Made by a program: the position numbers and the translations under genes. Below the pieces are notes generated by a model. The model saw only the letters and a list, made by a program, of their open reading frames with translations, was not told where the DNA came from and searched no databases. From the NCBI GenBank assembly GCA_017415325.1, contig JAFQGY010000246.1, positions 1-56,428 of the forward strand: a stretch of 56,428 nucleotides of DNA. Reading direction: 5' to 3'. Positions within the stretch are counted from its first letter, which is position 1, and every line of letters starts with the position of its first letter. This document shows positions 1 through 10,088 of this stretch, piece by piece. Source of the DNA: Clostridia bacterium. GTDB lineage: Bacteria; Bacillota; Clostridia; Oscillospirales; CAG-272.

Positions 1-734
1 CCGTCATTCCCACCGCTGTACTCTCCACCCATACCGGCGGCTTTTCCGGCTGGACCTTTCGGGATCTGACCGACGATATTTCCGCTGTCGGTGCCCACTG
101 GCAGAAGGAAGGACTGACCTTTGACGGGCTGTATACCGGGTATCTGGGTTCCCCTGCACAGGCCGCCATGATCGAAGACTTTATCGAAATGTTCCATCCC
201 GGCGTGGTGTTCATCGACCCGGCTATGGCAGACGGCGGAAAATTGTATGCCGGTTTTACCGATGCCATTGTGGGTGCCATGCGTTCTCTCTGCGGCAAGG
301 CAGACTACATTGTACCGAACCTGACCGAAGCCTGCTTCCTGACGGATACCCCTTACAATGAAAACGACCTGTATGACCGTGCCGCAATCCGGACAATGCT
401 GGAAAAGCTGCTGAAACTGGGCTGCCGTACTGCTGTGCTCACCGGGGTACAGTTTGACGGCAAGGAAGGTGCCGCAGCCCTGGATCAGAACGGTGTGTAC
501 ACAGAATATGTCACCGAACACCTGCCGGTGCGCTGTCATGGTACCGGGGACGTGTACGCCAGCATTTTCTTTGGCGCCCTGATGCGTGGACTGCCGCTGT
601 GGGATGCCATCAAAGTGGCTGCTGACAACACTGTCCGTGCCATTCAGGCTACCATGGGAGACGAAACCCAGTGGTACGGTGTGCGGTTTGAAGAATGCAT
701 TCCGGCACTGCTGCAGGATCTGGAGCTGCTGTAA
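1..734 (+). CDS. pdxK: pyridoxal/pyridoxamine kinase, 5'-partial (the reading frame enters the window at nt 3)
   Basis: The frame is open from nt 3 (VIPTAVLSTHTGGFSGW...YTGYLGS) and continues into the 168..734 ORF. The C-terminal GTGDVYAS motif is typical of ribokinase-fold PdxK/PdxY. TAA stop at 732-734. Confidence 0.8.
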   Translation, partial: VIPTAVLSTHTGGFSGWTFRDLTDDISAVGAHWQKEGLTFDGLYTGYLGSPAQAAMIEDFIEMFHPGVVFIDPAMADGGKLYAGFTDAIVGAMRSLCGKADYIVPNLTEACFLTDTPYNENDLYDRAAIRTMLEKLLKLGCRTAVLTGVQFDGKEGAAALDQNGVYTEYVTEHLPVRCHGTGDVYASIFFGALMRGLPLWDAIKVAADNTVRAIQATMGDETQWYGVRFEECIPALLQDLELL

Positions 735-797
735 TCCGGATTCGCAGGACATTTTCAGACAGACTTCTGCGGAACCCATCCGACAAGGAGTACGATT

Positions 798-2255
798 ATG
801 TTTTTGCTCAAATACATATGGCAGGAAATGCAGCTGCAGCCCAAATGGTATATGGGACTGTTTCTGACCAACGGACTGCTGCTCCATATTTCCGGCCTTC
901 TGATGGAACGGATTCTGCGGCAGAATGATTCCTTCGAGATCACACTGCACTGTATCCTGCTCGCACCGCTGCTGATGCTTCTGGCCTGTACGGTTCTGCT
1001 GCCACTGTATCTCCAGAAGGAACGGAATGATCTTCTGTTTCCGGAATACAGGGCACTTCTCCGCACAGAACTGTCCCATGGGAAAATCGTTTTCCTGCAG
1101 TGTATGCAGACTGCCCTGATTTCTCTCGGGGCACTGCTGGTGTTTGCACCGCTCTCCACCCTGACCATGCGGTATCTGCGCCGTCTGGAAGGGGATCCCC
1201 TGTGGCAGAACGGCTGGCGGAATCGTTCCACACTTCCCTTCTGGATGCTGATATACTTATTTCTGCTGGCCGCTTCTCTGCTCTGCTGTATCTATGTCAG
1301 CCGCCGGAATAAGTCCGCTCTGCAGCAGGATCCCCGCAGCAAAACCACCACCGCCAAACAGATTCTGCGCAGTCCGGGGCTTCCCATGTACGGGAAACTG
1401 CGCCGGAACAGAGTCCGTCATGAAGGCAGACACATCTGCACTGCGCTGGTTCTGCTGTGCATTCTGCCGGTTCTGTTCAGCATTCTGCTCACAGGCCAGA
1501 TTTTCCCCGGTAACCCCTATGTTCCGGACAATACCCTGTACCTTTCCATGACTGACAACCACCCCAACGCCATTTCCACTTTTCTACTGACGCAGATCGA
1601 ACAGGTGGAGGGAGTCACACTGGAAAAAGCCCATATGCCCACGGAAACCACCCCGCCCTCTTACAGAAGCGCTGTGTTCCGTCTGGATGTGGATACATGG
1701 CAGGAAAGCGCTGCCGAGGTCAGAAGGATCCTGGAACATGACAGATCCGCCCCGCTCCTGCAGATCAGTATTCCGCTGGAATATACCCTGCAGAACCATG
1801 CGGCACAGGAGGACACCGCCAATCTGCTCTATCTCCTGCTGCTGTTCTTCTCTGCCTGTGCCCTCTGCTTTACCGGAACCGGTATGCTTCTGCTGCAGTA
1901 TCTGCATGGACGGCAGGAGGAACTGCAGGTTCTGTCGGCATTCGGCATGGGACGGCGGGATGGCTTTTGGATGCTGGGACAAACCGTTTTTCGCTGGCTG
2001 ACCTTTGCCGGTGTCATCTCCCTTCTGTCGGGCAGCCTTGTCATGATCCTGTATGACGGAATCACCTACAACTACAGCAACCGGAATGCTGTGCTGTCGG
2101 AAATCTACCGGGTTTCCCCGGAAAGTCTGCGTCTGTTTTTCCTTGGCGGCAGCGGGTTTCTCCTGCTTCTGCTGTTTCTGGGAATTCTGTTTCTGCAGCG
2201 GTTTCTGCAAAAAGTCTGCCCGGACATACGGCCAAAACAGAAAATAGTACCCTGA
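798..2255 (+). CDS. multi-pass membrane protein with a C-terminal FtsX-like permease domain; no ATPase partner in the window
   Basis: AAGGAG lies 7 nt upstream of the ATG at 798. There are several hydrophobic segments. The C-terminal part has a TM + extracytoplasmic domain + 3 TM layout with an RQEELQVLSAFGMGRRD-type FtsX loop. Confidence 0.6.
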   Translation: MFLLKYIWQEMQLQPKWYMGLFLTNGLLLHISGLLMERILRQNDSFEITLHCILLAPLLMLLACTVLLPLYLQKERNDLLFPEYRALLRTELSHGKIVFLQCMQTALISLGALLVFAPLSTLTMRYLRRLEGDPLWQNGWRNRSTLPFWMLIYLFLLAASLLCCIYVSRRNKSALQQDPRSKTTTAKQILRSPGLPMYGKLRRNRVRHEGRHICTALVLLCILPVLFSILLTGQIFPGNPYVPDNTLYLSMTDNHPNAISTFLLTQIEQVEGVTLEKAHMPTETTPPSYRSAVFRLDVDTWQESAAEVRRILEHDRSAPLLQISIPLEYTLQNHAAQEDTANLLYLLLLFFSACALCFTGTGMLLLQYLHGRQEELQVLSAFGMGRRDGFWMLGQTVFRWLTFAGVISLLSGSLVMILYDGITYNYSNRNAVLSEIYRVSPESLRLFFLGGSGFLLLLLFLGILFLQRFLQKVCPDIRPKQKIVP

Positions 2256-2258
2256 CAC

Positions 2259-2298
2259 AAAAAGTCATCCCAACAGTTTTTCTGCAGGATGACTTTTT
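2259..2298. terminator. bidirectional intrinsic terminator between convergent genes
   Basis: AAAAAGTCATCC (2259-2270) pairs with GGATGACTTTTT (2287-2298). A/T runs flank both sides. Confidence 0.6.
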
Positions 2299-2305
2299 TC
2301 TGTAT

Positions 2306-3220
2306 TTACAGCAGATTCATCATAATCAGCGACACAAACGCCAGTACGATCCCCACCGCACTGCTGACCGTGATTTTTTCCCGGAAGAACACTGCAGACA
2401 TCACCGACAGCAGAATCAGGCTTGCCCCCTGATACAGGGGATACAGCTGGACGGAGGTCAGATACGCCGCCGCACTGGTTTTGAACCAGGAATTTGCGAA
2501 CATGCACACGGCCATCACGACGATGTACCAAAAAATCTCTCCCATAAGCCGCTTTTCACCGGTGAACACCACAGCAGTCCCGGTTTTCCGGCTGTCCCTG
2601 TACTTGCTGTATCCGTAAATTCCCAGCAAAACCACAGCGGAGAAGATATATGTATACAAATTGAACACACTGATACTGCCTTCCGGGTCATGGTACAGGA
2701 ACATCTTCTGGGTGAAATCCATCAGTCCGGCAGTGATGGCGCAGACCACCAGAATCACAAGAGAGGACACCGTCAGCTTTCCGCCCAGCGATTTGTTGTA
2801 GCTGCACATGAAATATACCGCCGCCATCAGCACTGCAAGCCCTGCCCACTGGATCGGCCGGATGGGCTCATCGTACAGAAAATAACACAGCAGCAGAGGC
2901 ACCAGTACGCCGGACAGGTAGAAAATATTCAGAAGCATCAGCGCACCGCGCTTGGTGGCAGACAGCCATGTGGTGATATGCACCGCACTGGACACGCCGG
3001 ACAGCAGGGCAATGGCGATGGTTCCCGGATCTGCGGCAAGATTTCCCCCTTCCGCCAGTACAAACCCAAGGCCGATCCCGATACAGAACAGCATCCGGAT
3101 CCCGTTGGAGAAGGTGTTTTCCCGGATGTCCCGCACATAGATGCTGCTTTTTTTGCTGCAGTACGCCTTGGTCAGCGCCGCCGCCAGTGCCAGTGCCGCA
3201 AAGAGATACCCGATCATCAT
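2306..3220 (-). CDS. polytopic membrane protein, DMT/EamA-like putative transporter
   Basis: 304 aa and almost entirely hydrophobic helices. It starts 4 nt downstream of the GH4 stop, so it is probably co-transcribed. Confidence 0.55.
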   Translation of the reverse strand: MMIGYLFAALALAAALTKAYCSKKSSIYVRDIRENTFSNGIRMLFCIGIGLGFVLAEGGNLAADPGTIAIALLSGVSSAVHITTWLSATKRGALMLLNIFYLSGVLVPLLLCYFLYDEPIRPIQWAGLAVLMAAVYFMCSYNKSLGGKLTVSSLVILVVCAITAGLMDFTQKMFLYHDPEGSISVFNLYTYIFSAVVLLGIYGYSKYRDSRKTGTAVVFTGEKRLMGEIFWYIVVMAVCMFANSWFKTSAAAYLTSVQLYPLYQGASLILLSVMSAVFFREKITVSSAVGIVLAFVSLIMMNLL

Positions 3221-3223
3221 AGC

Positions 3224-4537
3224 TTATCCCTTGTAGTCCCCCAGAAAATCCCGGTTCACATCGAACAGTGCGTCGGTCATCCGTTTGATTTCCTCCAGAC
3301 TGCATACGGCAGAGGTCAGCGGATCCATGCAGACAGCCTGGAACACCTTGCGCCGATTCTTTTCCATGGCCGCTTCCACCACCAGATTCTCAATGGATGC
3401 CGTGGTGTTCACCAGAATTGCCAGATGGGCCGGCAGTTCGCCTACATACCGCTTGGCAAACCCGGCTTCACTGGCGTACACGGGAATTTCCACACAGGCT
3501 TCCCGGGGCAGATTGGTGATACAGCCGTCGTTCAGTACGTTGCCGTTGAACCAGAAGGGCGTATGATCCCCGATAACGGCATTGAAAATATTGGCGGCAT
3601 ATTCCTTGCTCCGTTTCGGATCCACTGCGGCCGTTTCCAGCCAACCCTGGAATTCCGCCTTCCAGTCCCGTTTCAGCCGCAGATTCAGGGAGTAAGCGTA
3701 TTCCCCGGGGTTCCAGTTGGTGCTGTGGGTACAGTATTTTTCGATCAGGTCAGGGCGTTTCCGGAACCACTGGTTGTATTCGGAATTGTGTCCGCTGGAT
3801 TCGGTGACATAGTAATCCAGATGCAGGAACATCTCGTTGCGTACCAGCTCCTTGTTGTAATACACCGGATCCTGCAGCTTTTCCCGCAGTGCCGGGTACA
3901 GATCCGCGCCGTGGTGCTTCAGTTCCAGATAGAACGCCTGGTGGTTCACCCCGGCACACAGGTACTGCACTTCATCCGCCGGTACACCCAGCCAGTTTGC
4001 CAGCATTTCCACTGTCCCCTGCACACTATGGCACAGCCCCGTCACATTGACCCGGGAGTGGGTCTGCATGGCTTTGCACAGCATGGACATGGGGTTGGTA
4101 TAGTTCAGAAACACCGCATCCGGACAGTATTTTTCGATGTCATGGCAGATCTCCAGCATCAGGGGAATGTTCCGCAGGGCACGGAAAATCCCGGATACAC
4201 TGCGGGTATCACCGATGTTGGTGTCCACGCCGAAGGTTTTGGGAATCTCAATATCGTGCCGCCAGATGTCAATGTCCCCGTTGAACACCGTACACAGCAC
4301 ACCGTCCGCCCCTTCCAGCGCTTCCTTCCGGCTCAGGGTGGAGGTAATTTTTGCCGTACCGCCCATGGCCGCATTGATTTTGTCGCATACGGAATGGATC
4401 AGCGCCAGCCGTTCCTCGTGAATATCCATCAGAGCAATCTCACAGTCGGCAAAGGCAGGAAATGTCAGCAGGTCACGCACCAGATTCCGGGTGAAAGTGA
4501 AGCTGCCGGCACCGATAAACGCAAATTTTTTCGACAT
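3224..4537 (-). CDS. glycoside hydrolase family 4 (NAD+/Mn2+-dependent alpha-glucosidase/alpha-galactosidase type)
   Basis: N-terminal FIGAGSFTFTRNL Rossmann motif, plus NYTNPM and GLCHSVQGT motifs characteristic of GH4. GGAGGA RBS. Confidence 0.85.
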   Translation of the reverse strand: MSKKFAFIGAGSFTFTRNLVRDLLTFPAFADCEIALMDIHEERLALIHSVCDKINAAMGGTAKITSTLSRKEALEGADGVLCTVFNGDIDIWRHDIEIPKTFGVDTNIGDTRSVSGIFRALRNIPLMLEICHDIEKYCPDAVFLNYTNPMSMLCKAMQTHSRVNVTGLCHSVQGTVEMLANWLGVPADEVQYLCAGVNHQAFYLELKHHGADLYPALREKLQDPVYYNKELVRNEMFLHLDYYVTESSGHNSEYNQWFRKRPDLIEKYCTHSTNWNPGEYAYSLNLRLKRDWKAEFQGWLETAAVDPKRSKEYAANIFNAVIGDHTPFWFNGNVLNDGCITNLPREACVEIPVYASEAGFAKRYVGELPAHLAILVNTTASIENLVVEAAMEKNRRKVFQAVCMDPLTSAVCSLEEIKRMTDALFDVNRDFLGDYKG

Positions 4538-4615
4538 AACAAAGTCCTCCCCAGGGGATTTTTTTCATTATAGCAAATTTTCCGACGGGATGCAATAGGA
4601 ACCGGAAAGAATCCG

Positions 4616-4650
4616 GCAAAAGAAAAAGCGCCGATGGCAGTACCGACGCT
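4616..4650 (-). terminator. intrinsic terminator after the zinc-ribbon gene
   Basis: On the minus strand, AGCGUCGGU..AUCGGCGCU forms a 9-bp stem with 2 G-U pairs, followed by a UUUUUCUUUU run. Confidence 0.5.
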
Positions 4651-4659
4651 TTCTATTTA

Positions 4660-5037
4660 TTAAAACAGACTGAGTCCTTCGCTGACAATTTCGGAGGTGA
4701 CAGACCCGATCACACCCATCATCACAAAGCTCAGCACCAGACTGATGGCGTAAAAGATCAGATAGGCTCTGGCAAAATGCTTCCGGTTGATCCCCACCTG
4801 GCCGCCGAAGCTCCAGTAGAGCATCAGCACCAGACCGATCACAGGCAGTGAAAAAATCACCATCATCAGCACATAATCCCACACGGAAAGCACATCCACG
4901 GCAGGAGCCTGATTCTGCATCTGCAGGCCGCAGTTTCCGCAGAAAGCCGCACCTTCCGGCATAGGTGCACCGCATCTGGGACAATGGGGTTCTTCCTTCG
5001 GGGGTTCCTTCTGAAATCCGTTATAATTCTCGTTCAT
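4660..5037 (-). CDS. zinc-ribbon domain membrane protein
   Basis: CPRCG..x..CGNCG zinc ribbon followed by hydrophobic helices. AAGGAG RBS. Confidence 0.7.
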   Translation of the reverse strand: MNENYNGFQKEPPKEEPHCPRCGAPMPEGAAFCGNCGLQMQNQAPAVDVLSVWDYVLMMVIFSLPVIGLVLMLYWSFGGQVGINRKHFARAYLIFYAISLVLSFVMMGVIGSVTSEIVSEGLSLF

Positions 5038-5069
5038 ACAGTCTCCTTACCTTTTTTCATTTCGTTTTT

Positions 5070-6101
5070 TCAAAGCTGCTGGTCGCCCATCTGGATCCAG
5101 CCGAATTTCCGCATGATTTCACTGAACACAAAGGACAGTACGGCAGGCAGGACGATACAGCAGAGAATGGTTCCGATCCACATATTGGCGCTGGAACCCA
5201 TATCGGCCAGAATCCCCAAGGGCCCCACCATCCCGCAGGTACCCATCCCGGCAGAAACACCGGTACATTCCAGTTTGAACACCAGTGTGGAAACCGGTCC
5301 AACCACAGCGGAAGCCAGAGTTGCGGGAATCCAGATCTGGGGTCTGCGGCAGATATTGCCCATCTGGAGCATGGAGGTTCCCAGTCCCTGAGACACCACA
5401 CCTCCCCACTTGTTTTCCCGGAAACTGGAAGCGGCAAAGCCTACCATCTGGGCACAGCAGCCAACCACAGCCGCACCGCCCGCAATACCGGAAATCCCGA
5501 TCATGGAGCAGATGGCAGCGGAGGAAATGGGCAGGGTCAGGATGATCCCCACCACCACAGACACGATGATCCCCATCACGAAAGGATGCATCACCGTTGC
5601 GGTATTGATGAATTCCCCCAGATAATACATGATGTATGCAATGGCAGGACACAGCAGTTTCGCCACGGCAAACCCGGCAAGGATTGTCACAGAAGGCGTT
5701 ACCAGAATGTCCACTTTTGTCTTTTTGGACACCAGCATCCCCAGCTCTACGGCAGCAATCACTGCGAAAAATGCACCGGCAGGCCCGGCTGTGTAATGGA
5801 TCACCTGCTCTGTTCCGGCAAGGGTGATGTCCGCCCCCAGACCATATCCGGCACTGCCCACCACGGCACAGGAATACAGCACCAGCGGATGGGCTTTCAT
5901 GGAGTTTGCAACCGCCACCCCAATGGCCATCCCGGCAGCTCCCGAGGCAATCCCGGCCAGCTGTACCAGAAAATCCAGTCCCAGATACTGCCCGATGGTC
6001 TTGAAAATGGTTCCGATCAGCAGAGAAGCAAACAGCCCCTGGGCCATGGCACCCATAGCGTCAATGAAATACCTTTTCATGTATTCACGGAGTTTTTGCA
6101 T
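5070..6101 (-). CDS. PTS EIIC-like permease (PTS_EIIC_2-type)
   Basis: 343 aa polytopic protein whose N-terminus (MQKLREYMKRYFIDAMGAMAQGLFASLLIG) is typical of this family. No EIIA/EIIB gene is adjacent. Confidence 0.65.
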   Translation of the reverse strand: MQKLREYMKRYFIDAMGAMAQGLFASLLIGTIFKTIGQYLGLDFLVQLAGIASGAAGMAIGVAVANSMKAHPLVLYSCAVVGSAGYGLGADITLAGTEQVIHYTAGPAGAFFAVIAAVELGMLVSKKTKVDILVTPSVTILAGFAVAKLLCPAIAYIMYYLGEFINTATVMHPFVMGIIVSVVVGIILTLPISSAAICSMIGISGIAGGAAVVGCCAQMVGFAASSFRENKWGGVVSQGLGTSMLQMGNICRRPQIWIPATLASAVVGPVSTLVFKLECTGVSAGMGTCGMVGPLGILADMGSSANMWIGTILCCIVLPAVLSFVFSEIMRKFGWIQMGDQQL

Positions 6102-6303
6102 AGGATCATACCTGATTTCCCTTTATAGTGATACAAAATAGTATAACACAAAGGCGCAGATCGCACAATAGACAGGTTCGCCGATTTTCGATGCAAAATT
6201 CACCAAAATTCCAACGGTTCTCCCCTTGCATTTTCTGTGGAAATATGGTATTATAATCAAACGGGGATTTTTCCCTGTTTTTGTCTTGAAGGAGACTGCC
6301 TGT

Positions 6304-6774
6304 ATGGTAAAAACCAATGCACTGCGGCTGGTGGAAACTGCGGGAATCGAATTTGATACGCTGGAATATGAAGTGGACGAAAGCGACCTGAGCGGCATCC
6401 ACATCGCCGAACAGAAGAATCTGGATCCGGACATGGTGTTCAAAACCCTGGTCACCCGGGGAGACAAAAACGGGATCGCCGTGTTCTGTATTCCGGTGGC
6501 CATGGAACTGGATCTGAAAAAATGTGCCCAGGTTTCCGGAAACAAAAAGGTGGAAATGATCCACGTCAAAGAGCTGCTGGGACTTACCGGGTACATCCGG
6601 GGCGGCTGCTCTCCCGTGGGTATGAAGAAACCCTACCCCACCTGGATCGACGAAACGGCTACTTTGTTTGATAAAATCTATGTCAGCGCCGGGGTCAGAG
6701 GAATGCAGATGCACCTGTCTCCCGTGGAACTGGCAGACTATATCGGCGCCGCTTTTGCGGATGTAACTATGTAA
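6304..6774 (+). CDS. ybaK: Cys-tRNA(Pro)/Cys-tRNA(Cys) deacylase YbaK
   Basis: MVKTNALRLVE...GGCSPVGMKK is the YbaK/ProX editing-domain signature. GGAG RBS. I chose the internal ATG at 6304 rather than the 6226 extension. Confidence 0.85.
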   Translation: MVKTNALRLVETAGIEFDTLEYEVDESDLSGIHIAEQKNLDPDMVFKTLVTRGDKNGIAVFCIPVAMELDLKKCAQVSGNKKVEMIHVKELLGLTGYIRGGCSPVGMKKPYPTWIDETATLFDKIYVSAGVRGMQMHLSPVELADYIGAAFADVTM

Positions 6775-6780
6775 ACAAAC

Positions 6781-6832
6781 GGAAATGACCGAAGATCTCC
6801 CCGGTATGCAGAGAGATTTCCGGTCATTTTTT
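6781..6832 (+). terminator. intrinsic terminator after ybaK
   Basis: Long imperfect hairpin (AATGACCGAAGATCTC / GAGATTTCCGGTCATT) followed by TTTTTT. Confidence 0.55.
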
Positions 6833-6862
6833 GCTCTATTGCAGAGAATCTGTCTCAGAGAC

Positions 6863-8350
6863 TCAGCCTTCCACAGAAGAGAATGCTTCCCACAGTTCGT
6901 CCAGCTTGGCCTGGGCAGTCTTTTCGTGCTTGACATAGTTGGATACGAAATCGGTGCTCTTGGAACCCAGCGGTGCAGAGAACGCATTGTACAGAGCCAG
7001 GTTGCCGCAGTAGTTACCGAATGCCACCGGGAATACACAGGAGATGTTCTGACGGATGATGTCCAGAATCTGCGCAGACTGGTCGTCACGGACATACTTG
7101 GTTTTCAGAGAGGTTTCGTAGTATGCCGGGATCACACTTTCCGCAGACTCACGGGACAGCACTTCCAGCACCACACCGATGATGTCAGACTTGGAACAGG
7201 TAATCGGAATAACGCCTACATTGGTGGTATCGTGAGAAGAAGTGATATAGTTTTCCTGGCTGTCATCCATCTTCGGAATGGGCAGAATCCCCAGATCCGC
7301 TTCCATATCCCGGAAGTTTTCCATGTGGGCCACACGGTGGTAGCCGCCGAACAGGGAAGACCCGTTGATGAATGCGAGGCTGAAATCTGCCTGATAATCA
7401 TATGCGCCTTCCCCATGGAAGATTCTGTTGAGCTGTTCCAGCAGCTTGATGGAACGTTCGTTGTTCATGGCAAAGTAGGGAGAACCGTCTTCATTGTATT
7501 CCAGGAAGGTGATGTCTGCACCGATGACCCAGGGAATGATGGGACCCCAGTAACCGTAAGTACTGAATCCGTACAGGTCATCCGCATCTCTGGAACCGTT
7601 GCCGTTCACGTCCTGATAGGCGCCTTCGCTGTACTGCAGGAAGACATCATGGGTCCAGCCGCCTTCCAGCACCAGATCATACAGTTCCTCCGGCGCACCG
7701 TACAGATCCGTGAACCGGTCCTTGTTGAAGTACAGGGCATGGGCGGAACGGTACACATCCAGGAAATAGTCGCCTGCCAGAATATACCGCTTGTCTTCGG
7801 AGGCAAAGGAAGTGTCGCTCATGTAGTCGTCATACCAATAGTCCTTGGAGAAATCCAGATGGGGGATGTTGAATACATTCAGGAAGCTGTTCTGTACGGA
7901 AAGGGTTGCCAGCGGGAAGAGTTCGTGAATGATCAGCTCATAAGCATCGTCTCCGGCGGTAAGCAGCTGGGTAAGAGAAGCGCCGATGGTTTCATGGCTC
8001 TGGTCATCTGCGGTGAATTCCAGCTTGATGTTCAGCATTTCTTCCACCTCGATGTTCCGGTTGTAAACAGCGTCGGATACCACTTCCCCGGTCAGCTCTT
8101 CTCCATGCTGGATGGCAAAGATGGACGGAACAATACCATCCTTTTCCCGGCTGGACACCATCATCCGGATGGATTCGCCGCCCAGATCCATGTCTGCAAA
8201 GGGATCCACCTCTTCGGTTTCCACCGCTTCTGCCGCATCCGTATCGGCCGCCGCCTGTGTTTCCGCTGCTTCTTTTTCACCACAGGATGCCAAAGAACCC
8301 GCTGTCATCAGTGCTGCCAGAAGAATCGCCAGTATCTGTTTGTTTTTCAT
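6863..8350 (-). CDS. lipoprotein, extracellular solute-binding protein family (orphan; paralog of 30157..31581)
   Basis: Signal peptide with an LASC lipobox, followed by an acidic linker. FRDMEADLGILPIPKMDDSQENY matches FRDMEDDFGFLPLPKWDEQQENY in the second copy. Start set at MKNKQ (8350). Confidence 0.8.
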   Translation of the reverse strand: MKNKQILAILLAALMTAGSLASCGEKEAAETQAAADTDAAEAVETEEVDPFADMDLGGESIRMMVSSREKDGIVPSIFAIQHGEELTGEVVSDAVYNRNIEVEEMLNIKLEFTADDQSHETIGASLTQLLTAGDDAYELIIHELFPLATLSVQNSFLNVFNIPHLDFSKDYWYDDYMSDTSFASEDKRYILAGDYFLDVYRSAHALYFNKDRFTDLYGAPEELYDLVLEGGWTHDVFLQYSEGAYQDVNGNGSRDADDLYGFSTYGYWGPIIPWVIGADITFLEYNEDGSPYFAMNNERSIKLLEQLNRIFHGEGAYDYQADFSLAFINGSSLFGGYHRVAHMENFRDMEADLGILPIPKMDDSQENYITSSHDTTNVGVIPITCSKSDIIGVVLEVLSRESAESVIPAYYETSLKTKYVRDDQSAQILDIIRQNISCVFPVAFGNYCGNLALYNAFSAPLGSKSTDFVSNYVKHEKTAQAKLDELWEAFSSVEG

Positions 8351-8459
8351 ATTGTTTCCTCCGCAATTTATGATAATTATATATCCCATTTATTATATAG
8401 TATATCAAAAATCAAGCGGAATTACAAGTATTTCCTGACAATTTCCAACAATTTTCCAC

Positions 8460-8504
8460 AAAAAACAGCTGCATATCCGGTTCTTCCGGAATCCACAGCT
8501 GTTT
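8460..8504 (-). terminator. intrinsic terminator after uraA
   Basis: On the minus strand, AAACAGCUGUGGAUUCCGG..CCGGAUAUGCAGCUGUUU forms a hairpin followed by UUUUUU. Confidence 0.65.
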
Positions 8505-8510
8505 AAGCCA

Positions 8511-8547
8511 TTATTTCTTATTTCTGCATTCTGACTTCTTATTTTTC
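8511..8547 (-). repeat. half-copy of the AT-rich dispersed repeat (GAAAAATAAGAAGTCAGA..AGAAATAAGAAATAA); it contains the uraA stop codon
   Basis: It shares the GAAAAATAAGA / AGAAATAAGAA blocks with the copies at 12479-12514, 12583-12612 and 19312-19347. Confidence 0.55.
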
Positions 8548-9999
8548 GTTGACATCCTTGTGGTCAGCCTTCATCTGGAAGTTCACAGCCTTGTCGCCGT
8601 CTTCGTTCTTGCCGAATTCATAGTCGTTGCCGGGCAGTACAGCGTTCAGCACGATACCGGCGATGGAAGCGCAGGCCAGAGCGGACAGGGTGATGGTCAG
8701 AGAGCCGATGCCGAAGGATACGGAACCCAGACCCAGTGCGCACACCAGAATCACAGCGGCAATGATCAGGTTGCGGCTCTTGGTGAAGTCTACCTGATTT
8801 TCCACCACATTCCGTACACCGATGGCGGAGATCATACCGTACAGCATGAAGGAGATACCGCCGATAACAGCCGTGGGAATCAGGTTGACCAGAGCAGCAA
8901 ACTTGGGAGAGAAGGACAGAACGGCAGCAATCACAGCAGCAATGCGGATCACACGGGGATCATAGACTCTGGACAGAGCCAGTACACCGGTGTTTTCGCC
9001 GTAGGTGGTGTTTGCGGGGCCGCCGAACAGGGATGCAATGGCAGTAGCCAGACCGTCACCAGTGAGGGTGCGGTGCAGGCCGGGATCTGCGATAAAGTTC
9101 TTACCAACAGTAGAGCCGATGGCAGAGATGTCGCCGATGTGTTCCATCATGGTGGCCAGGGAGATGGGCATGATAGCTACGATGGCGGAGATTACCAGAG
9201 AAGTATTGCTCCAGTCCACGCCGCCGAATACGGTCTGGTTCCACTTGATGGGGAAACCGATCCATGCAGCGGACTTGAAGTTTTCCAGAGCGGCTACAGA
9301 GAAGAGCTTCATGTTTTCGTTGCCGGCTACGGTGATATACTGTGCACCGTCAGCAGCGGTAATGGTTTCGCCGCAGATCAGAGCCAGCAGAGCGGCAACC
9401 AGGCAGGAACCTACAACACCCAGCAGAATCGGCACGATCTTGGCCATGCCCCTACCCCAGATGTTGAACACAATTACAATAACCAGAGCGATCACGGCAA
9501 TGAGCCAGTTGGACTGACAGTTGCCCACAGCGGAGCCGGCCAGACCCAGACCGATGGCGATGATGATGGGACCGGTTACCACAGGGGGGAAGAACCGCAT
9601 AACCTTCTGGGCACCCACCAGCTTGATGAGCCCTGCCAGAATCAGATACACGATACCGGCACAGGCAACGCCCAGACAGGCATAGGGCAGCAGCTGTGCG
9701 TTGGTCATGGTACCGTTACCGGCCAAAGGAGCAATGGCGCCGTACCCGCCCAGGAATGCGAAGGAAGACCCCAGGAAAGCCGGAACCTTCATACCGGTGA
9801 TCAGATGGAACAGCAGTGTGCCAAGCCCAGCCATCAGCAGCGTGGTCGCCACATCCAGACCGGTCAGCAGCGGCACCAGCACGGTTGCGCCGAACATAGC
9901 GAACATATGCTGGAACCCCAGAATCAGCATCTTGGGGATCCCCAGCTGGCGGGCATCATAAATCCCTTCCGTGCCGATCTGCATTTTTTCTTTTGCCAT
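8539..9999 (-). CDS. uraA: uracil/xanthine permease (NCS2 family)
   Basis: The QHMFAMFGATVLVPLLTG motif is typical of NCS2 uracil permeases. It lies directly downstream of pyrR. AGGAGG RBS. Confidence 0.85.
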   Translation of the reverse strand: MAKEKMQIGTEGIYDARQLGIPKMLILGFQHMFAMFGATVLVPLLTGLDVATTLLMAGLGTLLFHLITGMKVPAFLGSSFAFLGGYGAIAPLAGNGTMTNAQLLPYACLGVACAGIVYLILAGLIKLVGAQKVMRFFPPVVTGPIIIAIGLGLAGSAVGNCQSNWLIAVIALVIVIVFNIWGRGMAKIVPILLGVVGSCLVAALLALICGETITAADGAQYITVAGNENMKLFSVAALENFKSAAWIGFPIKWNQTVFGGVDWSNTSLVISAIVAIMPISLATMMEHIGDISAIGSTVGKNFIADPGLHRTLTGDGLATAIASLFGGPANTTYGENTGVLALSRVYDPRVIRIAAVIAAVLSFSPKFAALVNLIPTAVIGGISFMLYGMISAIGVRNVVENQVDFTKSRNLIIAAVILVCALGLGSVSFGIGSLTITLSALACASIAGIVLNAVLPGNDYEFGKNEDGDKAVNFQMKADHKDVNEK

Positions 10000-10088
10000 A
10001 ATGTTACCTCCTGCCGGGACTGCCGGCCATGAAAATGTGTGTATGAAAATGCTTTGGGTACAAATTTATGTTCTGTGCGCCGGCCGGA

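Noticed and set aside
6258-6290. A hairpin, ACGGGGA-ttt-TCCCTGT followed by TTTTG, lies between a TATAAT box and the ybaK RBS. I considered it a possible attenuator.
   Set aside because: The stem has only 7 bp and includes a G-U pair. It would lie at the extreme 5' end of the transcript. It has no alternative pairing partner, and the promoter itself is uncertain (20-nt spacer to the nearest -35-like hexamer). It is more likely a 5' stabilising stem or chance.
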